This document shows, one piece after another, positions 25,888-32,000 of a DNA stretch of 32,000 nt (the stretch's first letter is position 1; each line of letters starts with the position of its first letter). A program made the translations under genes and the position numbers. The DNA comes from an uncultured archaeon (GTDB taxonomy: Archaea; Iainarchaeota; Iainarchaeia; Iainarchaeales; DATDZZ01). The DNA is taken from the NCBI GenBank assembly GCA_964373795.1, contig CAYJVY010000002.1, positions 24,207 to 56,206 on the forward strand. Reading direction: 5' to 3'. A model generated the notes under the pieces. The model had not been told where the DNA came from, made no database searches, and was given only the letters and a program-made list of their open reading frames with translations.

Positions 25888-26451
25888 ATGCTGCCAAATT
25901 TAAATGAAATTAAATTTAAAAGAAAACAATTTAGTTTAACTCAAAGCGAATTAGCATTTCAATCAGGAGTATCACAATCACTTATAGCTAAAACTGAATC
26001 AGGAAAATTAACTCCAACATACGATAAAGCAAAAAGAATTTTCGATACTTTAGAAGCAATGCACGAACAATCAACTTTAACAGCAAAAAATTTAATGAAT
26101 AAAAAAATAGTTTCAATTAAGTCAAATGAAACAATTAAAAAAGCAATTCAATTAATGGAAAAAAATTCCGTTTCCCAGCTACCTGTAATTGAAAACGATG
26201 TTTCACTTGGAACTGTTTCAGAAAAAACTATTTTAAACAGAATTGGAGAGAGCTCAAAAAATTTAAATGTAAACAAAACAGAAGTAAAAGAAATAATGCA
26301 AGAAGCCATGCCTACAATTAGAGAAGAAACTCCATTCAAGCTATTAGTGGATTTACTGAATTACAATGAAACAGTTTTAATTGCAAAAAAGGGAAAAATA
26401 ATTGGAATAATCTCAAAATCAGATTTATTGCATTTAATGTTAAAAAAATAA
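25888..26451 (+). CDS. XRE-family HTH plus CBS-pair domain transcriptional regulator
   Basis: HTH: FSLTQSELAFQSGVSQSLIAKTESGKLTPTYDKAKRIF. It is followed by two CBS-like units (AKNLMNKKIVSIKSNETIKKAIQLMEKNSVSQLPVIEND; VKEIMQEAMPTIREETPFKLLVDLLNYNETVLIAKKGKIIGIISKSDLL). Confidence 0.8.
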   Translation: MLPNLNEIKFKRKQFSLTQSELAFQSGVSQSLIAKTESGKLTPTYDKAKRIFDTLEAMHEQSTLTAKNLMNKKIVSIKSNETIKKAIQLMEKNSVSQLPVIENDVSLGTVSEKTILNRIGESSKNLNVNKTEVKEIMQEAMPTIREETPFKLLVDLLNYNETVLIAKKGKIIGIISKSDLLHLMLKK

Positions 26452-26548
26452 ACTAATTCTGCCAACCAAAAGCCTTATAAATATTGAATTGCGCAAATAC
26501 ATCATAAGTACACGAATTATAGTGAAAAAATGAACAGAGAAGGGGTTT

Positions 26549-27145
26549 ATGAATAGAGGGTTAATTTTTCTTTTAATATTTGTATTTATTTTTTCAAACG
26601 CTTTTGCTTTAGTGTTAGAATCTTCAGACAAAGTAGACTTTAATGGATTTAATGCAGAATTAACTGTAAAAATTTCAAACGATTCAAATCAAGCAAAAAG
26701 AGTTAAAATAGAATTCCTTTCTCCAGCAGAAGAAAAATTTGAACACTTGCCTTTAGATTTAAATGCTAAAGAAACAAGAACTATAAAAATTAAGTTAACT
26801 GCAGATGAAAATCAAAACAATACAGAATATATTGGATTATTAAAGATTAAATTAGGAGAAGAAGAAGTAAAAAAACAAGTAAAACTAGTATTTCAAAAAA
26901 CTGCATTAAAGCTGGTTGAACAAGAAAAAACTGAGACACAAACAAGTGAAAAAAAAGAAGAAAAAACTGAAAAAGTTGAAGAAGAAAGTCAGCTTGTTGG
27001 ATTGGCTTCATTTGTTCAAACAAATGTTCAAACAAATTTAGTTTTAATTGAATTAATTATAGATGCAGTATTATTGGTTGTTGCAGCAGTTTTATTGATA
27101 ATGTTTATTTCAAGGTTTGTTAAAAGAATTCAGGTGAAAAAATGA
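26549..27145 (+). CDS. Small surface protein: signal peptide, one beta-sandwich-like module, E/K/T-rich linker, C-terminal TM anchor
   Basis: Signal: MNRGLIFLLIFVFIFSNAFA. Module: AELTVKISNDSNQAKRVKIEFLSP...ETRTIKIKLTA. Anchor: LVGLASFV...LVLIELIIDAVLLVVAAVLLIMFI. The stop overlaps the next ATG (ATGA). Confidence 0.65.
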   Translation: MNRGLIFLLIFVFIFSNAFALVLESSDKVDFNGFNAELTVKISNDSNQAKRVKIEFLSPAEEKFEHLPLDLNAKETRTIKIKLTADENQNNTEYIGLLKIKLGEEEVKKQVKLVFQKTALKLVEQEKTETQTSEKKEEKTEKVEEESQLVGLASFVQTNVQTNLVLIELIIDAVLLVVAAVLLIMFISRFVKRIQVKK

Positions 27146-29775
27146 GTTTAATGAAAAAGTTTTTGCAAGCAATATTAATTTCTTTAATAGTGTTAACAAT
27201 TACAGGAATTGTTTTTGCAGAACCAACAGTTAAATTAGTTAAACCTGTTGGAGGAGAAACAGTTAACCTTCAAAAATATTTAATTGACTTTAATGTAAGC
27301 GATTCAAAAGACAAAAACTTAGTTGCAGCAATTTTTTTAGATGACGATAAAAACAAGGAAAACGGATTCATTAAAACACTTGTTTCGAACCTTGACTTGG
27401 AAAAAGAAAAATGCGTTGACGGAGATGCAAATAATCAAACTGTAAACGCTTGCAGCTTTGAATGGCAAGTAGGAGATGTAAACGGATATTACTTTTTAGG
27501 AATTGAGGTTCAAAACACTGATGGAAACAGACAATTGGTTTTCACTAATAATGTGTTAAAAGTAGATGCAGTTGCCCCAGAAATAAGTGGATTAACTCCT
27601 TCAAATGGCGCGGGTTACGAGAAAACAAACGCAGTGATTTCAGCAGTATTAATGGATAAAGGATTTGGAGTAAACAAAGACTCAATTAGATTAACTGTTG
27701 AAGGAAAAACTTATAATTTAACAAATTTTGAATTACGTTTCGATGCAGATAAAAACAAGCTTGAATTTAATGCAGGAGAAATATTTTCTTTAGGACAATT
27801 AGTTAAAGTAAAATTATTAGTTGAAGACAATGCTCAAAACAAAGCTGAAAAAGAATGGCAATTCACAGTGAATGTTAAAAGCCCTTCAACTACGCCTTCA
27901 CAACCAACTCAGCCTTCACCTCAAACTCCTGTAACTCAAACTCAATCAATTAGTGGAACAATGTCAATTCATTCAAGTGTTTTAAAAGTATTTACAGAAA
28001 AAGGAAGTTCATTTAGTGTTCCTTTTACTTTGAAAAATAATGCATTAGAAAAAGTTTGCAGCAAGCTTTCAGTTGAAAGCAAATCAAAACAAGTTAATGG
28101 AAGCATTTTATTGAAAGAAGTTTGCTTAAATCAATTTGAAGAAACAGAGTCAACTGCATTAATTGTTTTAGACAAGGATTTGAATAAAGGAGAATACAAA
28201 TTAGAATTAGTTTCAAATGCAAACAACTCTGTTGCAAAAGAAGTTATAACAATTTTAGTTGACAGCAATAAAGAATTAGAAGTAGAACAATTAAACTCAG
28301 TTGTAAACTCTAATAAGCCAAGAGATTTAATGAAGTTAAGGCTATGGAATAAAACAAATTATGCAAAAAATTTAAAGTTAAAAGTTTTTTCAAGCTATTT
28401 AATGCCTTTCTTTGAAGAAAGCGAAATAAAAGTAGACGCAAACAACTTCAAGGACGTAAAATTATTTATTCAACCATTAGAAGAATTAGAAGAAAAAAAA
28501 TATTCTTTAGAAGTAGTTGTTGAAGAAGAATCAAAGTTATTCAAAAAAGATTTAAGTGTTGAATTAAAAAAAATGCGTGAATCAATTTATGAATTCACTT
28601 CAGAAAAAAGCTATGAAATGCCTCAAAAATCAAGCAAAACAATTGAATTAGAGGTAACAAATAAAAGCAATAGAAAACAAACAGTAAAACTAGTTTCAGA
28701 TAGCGCTTTAATAACTGAATTTTCTGAAAAACAAGTTTCACTAGATAAATGGGAAACAAAAAAAGTGAAATTAAGAGTTGAAACACGAGAGGAAACACTT
28801 GGAAGTAAAGTAAGAGTAGAGGTATTTGCATTCAATGAATTTGATAACACTAAATATGAGTTTGAAGTAAAAATAAAACTGGATTCATTGCTTCAATTAA
28901 GTTTCCCTGAAAGAATTGAAGTAAACACTGAAGAAAGTGAAAGAGCTTCAATAGAGTTAATGAATTCATTCACTGAAAAAACAACTGCAGAGTTAACAGT
29001 GGAATTAATGGATGGAAATTGGAATGGATTAGAAGTAAAACTAGATAAAAACAAATTAGAATTAGAACCAAACAAAGCAGTTTCAGTGAAAGTAAGCGTT
29101 AATGCTGCTTCAAATGCAGAGGCTGGATGGAGAAAATTAAATTTAAAAATTAAAACAGCTAATAAAACACTTGAACAAATATTCAGAGTTCATGTAATTG
29201 GAAAAGATAAAGTAAAATTTGAAGCATTCCCTTCATTAATAGAGTTAAATGAAGAAGAGGAAAAAGAAATTCAAGTAACAGTTTTAAATTCAACTAATTC
29301 AAGTATTAAAAACCTTAAATTAGTTGGAAAAAATTTACCAAAAGAAGCGGAATTAGAGGAAGTGAAAATAAGTGAAATTAAAGCAGGAGAAACACTTACA
29401 CTGAAAACAAAAATTAAAGCACTTAAAACTGAACAAGATTTGAATACTTCAATTAATTTAATGGTTGAAGGAGAAAATTATTCTTCAAAGCAAAGCATAA
29501 AATTAAATGTAAAAGACACTGTTAAAACAGTAACTGCAACTCAAACAACTAATACTACTACAGCTTCACCAAAAGAAAAAGGACAAACAGATGGAATATT
29601 GACTGGATTTGCTTCACTTGCACCAGTAGTAGGAATTGGATTAGTAATATTGATTTTAATAATACTAATTATTTTAAGCAAAATAAATTTAAGTAAAAAA
29701 GAAGAAGTTGCAGAAGCAGTAGAAGAAGCTCAAAGCGAATTAAACAAAAAAAAGTTTATATTCAAAGGCGTTTAA
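27142..29775 (+). CDS. Large multi-domain cell-surface protein (Ig-like N-terminal domains, P/T/Q linker, repeated beta-sandwich modules, C-terminal TM anchor)
   Basis: Signal: FLQAILISLIVLTITGIVFA. VDAVAPEISGLTPSNGAGYEKTNAVISAVLMD resembles a bacterial Ig-like (Big_5/SbsA-type) domain. Linker: PSTTPSQPTQPSPQTPVTQTQS. At least five modules open with h-x-h-x-h-x-N-x-S/T (FTLKNNA, LRLWNKTN, ELEVTNKSN, IELMNSFT, VTVLNSTNSS). A Thr-rich stretch is followed by LTGFASLAPVVGIGLVILILIILIIL. Confidence 0.75.
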   Translation: MSLMKKFLQAILISLIVLTITGIVFAEPTVKLVKPVGGETVNLQKYLIDFNVSDSKDKNLVAAIFLDDDKNKENGFIKTLVSNLDLEKEKCVDGDANNQTVNACSFEWQVGDVNGYYFLGIEVQNTDGNRQLVFTNNVLKVDAVAPEISGLTPSNGAGYEKTNAVISAVLMDKGFGVNKDSIRLTVEGKTYNLTNFELRFDADKNKLEFNAGEIFSLGQLVKVKLLVEDNAQNKAEKEWQFTVNVKSPSTTPSQPTQPSPQTPVTQTQSISGTMSIHSSVLKVFTEKGSSFSVPFTLKNNALEKVCSKLSVESKSKQVNGSILLKEVCLNQFEETESTALIVLDKDLNKGEYKLELVSNANNSVAKEVITILVDSNKELEVEQLNSVVNSNKPRDLMKLRLWNKTNYAKNLKLKVFSSYLMPFFEESEIKVDANNFKDVKLFIQPLEELEEKKYSLEVVVEEESKLFKKDLSVELKKMRESIYEFTSEKSYEMPQKSSKTIELEVTNKSNRKQTVKLVSDSALITEFSEKQVSLDKWETKKVKLRVETREETLGSKVRVEVFAFNEFDNTKYEFEVKIKLDSLLQLSFPERIEVNTEESERASIELMNSFTEKTTAELTVELMDGNWNGLEVKLDKNKLELEPNKAVSVKVSVNAASNAEAGWRKLNLKIKTANKTLEQIFRVHVIGKDKVKFEAFPSLIELNEEEEKEIQVTVLNSTNSSIKNLKLVGKNLPKEAELEEVKISEIKAGETLTLKTKIKALKTEQDLNTSINLMVEGENYSSKQSIKLNVKDTVKTVTATQTTNTTTASPKEKGQTDGILTGFASLAPVVGIGLVILILIILIILSKINLSKKEEVAEAVEEAQSELNKKKFIFKGV

Positions 29776-29815
29776 AATTCAACCCCTTAAGCGCCTTTTA
29801 TCTATTTAATTTTTT
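29764..29815 (+). terminator. Hairpin plus T-tract overlapping the stop codon of the 877-aa gene
   Basis: AAAGGCGTTTAA (29764-29775) pairs with TTAAGCGCCTTT (29787-29798), giving 12 bp with one G.U pair and an 11-nt loop. T6 follows at 29810-29815. Confidence 0.45.
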
Positions 29816-29923
29816 CGCCGTTTGCCAAAGCACCTCAAAAGAAAGGTTTAAAAAGAACAAAAACACTAATTGTTTAACTAAGTTAAGTGAATTAGTTACT
29901 AAAGTGGTTTTAAAGGTTTGAAA

Positions 29924-31423
29924 ATGAAATTAAAACTTATTGCATTAATTACAGGATTTATTTTAGTATTATTTAGTTACTTTGCTCACGGCGCTTTTGG
30001 AGCAGTAGATTTAACTATTTCTCCTTCACAGTTTGAATTACAACAAGGCTCTGAACGCGATTTAATGCTTAACTATTTTGTAAACTCTAATAAAGGCGTG
30101 AAAACATTAACTCAAGTGAAAGAATTTGATAAAGTTAAGCTTGACTTTGGATTTAAAGGACATGAAAGCATGCTTTCTACGTCTTATTCCTTTCCTGGAA
30201 GAGTAAAAGTAGAAAGGGATGTTCCCTCAGGCGAATATGAATTGAAATTAAGTGTTTTAAACCTTGAAACAAATAATGTTTTGGATTCTGAAACAATTAA
30301 AGTAAAAGTAGTTGAAAAAGGAGAGAAAAATTATTTCACTTCTCCTGGAAAAACAATTGAACCAAGAATTGAAAATATTAAATTCAGTGAAAACAACGTA
30401 TTGTTGAAAAGAAACGATTCAAAAGAGGTTAAAATTGATTTTGAAAACGCAGGTTCTTTAAGTAATTTTAGAGTGAAAATTGTGAACTCTTCAAAAGAGG
30501 TTGAAGGAATTGCATCAAGCAATGAATTTGAAAACCTTTCAAAAGGAACTGCAAGTATTAAACTCGTGTCAAATCCTATTGCAAAAGAAGGAAGCCATGA
30601 AGTAAAAGTTTTACTAGTTGACTTGGCTTCATATAAAGAACACTTACTTGGAACAATTAATGTAATAGTAAAACCTTTTTACAACCTTCAAACAAGCGTG
30701 GAATTAAATTCAACAGAAGCCAAAATAGGTGAAACAGTTAAAGGAAAACTTGTAATTAAAAATCTTTCAGCATTTGATCAAACGCTTTCCTTAAATGGAA
30801 CTCCTGAAATGGAATTTGAATCACAAAAAATTGAACTTGCAGGAAACCAATTGAAATCAATTGAATTCAAAGTCAAGCCATTCAAAGAAGGAGAAAACGG
30901 TTTTACAATTAATTTAAACGGAGAAACTAATAGAATTGTATTCATTAAAGTAAAAGGATTAAAAGCAGGTATTTCAAGCACTGAAGACATTGTGAAGGCA
31001 TTTGAGGGAAGCAATATTGCTTTAATTGGATTAGTTGAACCTTCTTGGCCAATTGTTTTAGGAATACTAATTGCAATTCTATTGTATGCTTTATGGAAAA
31101 AAGAACAAGTAATTGAATTCATGCAAAGAATTCTTGGAAACTTGTTAGATGAATTTGTTTTATCTCCAGCTTTTTCAACTCAGTCTTTAAAACAAGAAAG
31201 CAAAGAAGTCAAAGAAGAAATTGAAGAAACTTCTGAAAAAGAAGTTGAAAAAGATTCTTCAGAAGAAAAAAAAACTGAAAACATTGAAGCTCGTGAAGAA
31301 AAAGAAAGTGAAAAAGAATTAGAAGAAATTGTTTCAAAAGAAATTGAAATAAAGCAATTAATTGAAGAATTAGAAGAAAAAATAACTGAAGAAAAACAAA
31401 AAAAATTAAACGAATTCAAATAA
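29924..31423 (+). CDS. Surface protein: signal peptide, beta-sandwich-like modules, TM anchor, long acidic coiled-coil cytoplasmic tail
   Basis: Signal: MKLKLIALITGFILVLFSYFAHGAFG. Modules: EVKIDFENAGSLSNFRVKIVNSS and GKLVIKNLSAFDQTLSLNGTP. TM: WPIVLGILIAILLYALW. The tail of about 100 aa is rich in E/K. AAGGT lies 7 nt upstream of ATG 29924 (ORF track: TTG 29918). Confidence 0.7.
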   Translation: MKLKLIALITGFILVLFSYFAHGAFGAVDLTISPSQFELQQGSERDLMLNYFVNSNKGVKTLTQVKEFDKVKLDFGFKGHESMLSTSYSFPGRVKVERDVPSGEYELKLSVLNLETNNVLDSETIKVKVVEKGEKNYFTSPGKTIEPRIENIKFSENNVLLKRNDSKEVKIDFENAGSLSNFRVKIVNSSKEVEGIASSNEFENLSKGTASIKLVSNPIAKEGSHEVKVLLVDLASYKEHLLGTINVIVKPFYNLQTSVELNSTEAKIGETVKGKLVIKNLSAFDQTLSLNGTPEMEFESQKIELAGNQLKSIEFKVKPFKEGENGFTINLNGETNRIVFIKVKGLKAGISSTEDIVKAFEGSNIALIGLVEPSWPIVLGILIAILLYALWKKEQVIEFMQRILGNLLDEFVLSPAFSTQSLKQESKEVKEEIEETSEKEVEKDSSEEKKTENIEAREEKESEKELEEIVSKEIEIKQLIEELEEKITEEKQKKLNEFK

Positions 31424-31430
31424 AAAAGGC

Positions 31431-31476
31431 CACATCATATAAAAAACAATCATTTTATATGACGTGTTTTCTTTTT
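31431..31476. terminator. Bidirectional hairpin terminator between convergent genes
   Basis: CACATCATATAAAA (31431-31444) pairs with TTTTATATGACGTG (31453-31466), giving 14 bp with one mismatch and an 8-nt loop. It is flanked by A6 (31422-31427) and TTTTCTTTTT (31467-31476). Confidence 0.5.
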
Positions 31477-31485
31477 GGGACAAAT

Positions 31486-32000
31486 TTAAGCAGGGCAAGA
31501 AGAAAGCTCTTCTTTTGAAGGATTATTAATAAGCAAATACCATTTATCTATTGAACCATCTTCATTTGATTTCTTTAAAGCAACAATGTAATCCTTTCCT
31601 TCCTCTAATTCACTGAATACAAGTTCATTTCCTAAAGGGAAATATTTTACATCCTTTAAAGGTTGAACTCCTTGAGTATTAATTGCTACATCAATTTTAT
31701 CCTTATAATCATATACTCCTTGAATTAATTCAGTAAACTCTCTCATTGAATTAAAAGGAATTTCTTTTTCGCCTCTAGCCTTTAAACTCTCTAAATCTTT
31801 ATCTAAAACAGTTCTATTATAAGTATAACAACCCTTTGCCAACACTTTTCCTGTTCCACTTGCAGGCTGACCAGGTTGCCCTCCACTTGGTTGTCCGGGT
31901 TGCCCTGGTTGAACAGCAATTGGCCCTGAAACAGTGAAAGCAAAAGATTTAATCAATCCATCTCCTCTAAAGCATTCATATTGAGGATTAGTTCTATAAT
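31486..32000 (-). CDS. Partial (5' end beyond the right edge) hypothetical secreted protein with a QPG-repeat linker
   Basis: The frame stays open upstream of the track's TTG (31956) to nt 32000 (..YRTNPQYECFRGDGLIKSF..). It contains VQPGQPGQPSGGQPGQPASG followed by a globular C-terminal domain of about 120 aa ending SSCPA. Confidence 0.55.
   Translation of the reverse strand, partial: YRTNPQYECFRGDGLIKSFAFTVSGPIAVQPGQPGQPSGGQPGQPASGTGKVLAKGCYTYNRTVLDKDLESLKARGEKEIPFNSMREFTELIQGVYDYKDKIDVAINTQGVQPLKDVKYFPLGNELVFSELEEGKDYIVALKKSNEDGSIDKWYLLINNPSKEELSSCPA

Noticed and set aside
29560-29775. The Thr-rich stretch followed by LTGFASLAP and a TM helix looked like a PGF-CTERM/archaeosortase sorting signal.
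   Set aside because: The tripeptide is TGF rather than PGF. The TM helix is followed by a charged tail of about 40 aa rather than a few basic residues at the extreme C-terminus. No archaeosortase gene is present in the window.
6422-29923. TTG starts proposed by the ORF track at 6422, 7694, 12191, 18082, 20325, 25700 and 29918.
   Set aside because: In each case an in-frame ATG lies 2-18 codons downstream. That ATG has a better context (SD-like GGAGG/GGTGA/AAGGT or TATA spacing) and gives an N-terminus that matches family expectations or a clean signal peptide. The true starts remain unverified.
183-31419. There are many 60-160-aa antisense or off-frame ORFs in the track, for example 183-389, 2064-2351, 4676-4987, 6553-6912, 9915-10325, 11673-12158, 12073-12384, 15819-16136, 22170-22523, 25020-25208, 25344-25697, 28595-28850 and 30778-31122.
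   Set aside because: Each lies wholly inside a longer ORF that carries strong family motifs or a coherent membrane-protein architecture. Their translations are F/L/I/S-rich low-complexity sequence, which is typical of the antisense strand of K/E/N-rich AT-rich genes.
31957-31965. An RGD tripeptide in the partial ORF at the right edge.
   Set aside because: A three-residue motif has no predictive value on its own in a prokaryotic protein.
1-32000. A search for tRNA, rRNA, CRISPR arrays, transposase/IS ends and long direct repeats.
   Set aside because: No GC-rich cloverleaf-sized islands occur in any intergenic gap, and all gaps are under 300 nt and AT-rich. There are no regularly spaced direct repeats and no transposase- or integrase-like ORFs. 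The only mobile element recognised is the metK intein.

Overview
The window is strongly AT-rich (not computed) and almost entirely coding. I count about 30 protein genes on both strands, often overlapping by 4-20 nt or abutting stop-to-stop. I found no rRNA, tRNA or CRISPR array. All family calls rest on motifs read by eye in the supplied translations; no similarity search was run.

The gene content suggests a small-genome archaeon, possibly DPANN-like (inference). Supporting signs are NucS/EndoMS, an HTH_10 (Bat-type) regulator, an XRE-CBS regulator, an Lhr-core helicase, a DHH/DHHA1 RecJ-like protein, a CDP-alcohol phosphatidyltransferase, and TATA-like boxes about 20 nt upstream of several ATGs.

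Gene order, left to right:
- a FolC/Mur-ligase C-terminal half that appears broken at an A8 run
- HD hydrolase
- orphan type I membrane protein
- DHH/DHHA1 phosphoesterase
- M24 Xaa-Pro peptidase
- NucS
- membrane-anchored PLD/HKD nuclease
- degenerate HAD-like protein
- HEAT-repeat protein
- polytopic membrane protein
- Lhr-core helicase, metallophosphoesterase and an unlisted 59-aa Cys-rich zinc-ribbon ORF
- CTP synthase, followed by a short degenerate copy of its own N-terminal domain
- TraB
- PHP phosphoesterase and CDP-alcohol phosphatidyltransferase
- SufS-like cysteine desulfurase
- membrane-anchored DsbA-like protein
- HTH_10 regulator
- a compositionally odd orphan ORF
- HAD hydrolase
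- divergent class I methyltransferase
- bacterial-type SAM synthetase (MetK)
- XRE-CBS regulator
- three consecutive signal-peptide/TM-anchored surface proteins
- a partial secreted protein with a QPG repeat

Most notable observations:
1. MetK is interrupted by a 450-codon LAGLIDADG intein inserted in the GGGAFSGKD motif.
2. A catalytically dead CTP-synthase-like relic sits immediately downstream of pyrG.
3. The surface-protein cluster at 26.5-31.4 kb.
4. The translationally coupled Lhr/MPE/Cys-rich triplet.

I see no compelling evidence for a classical defence island or an entirely new multi-gene system. The findings below are leads, not demonstrations.
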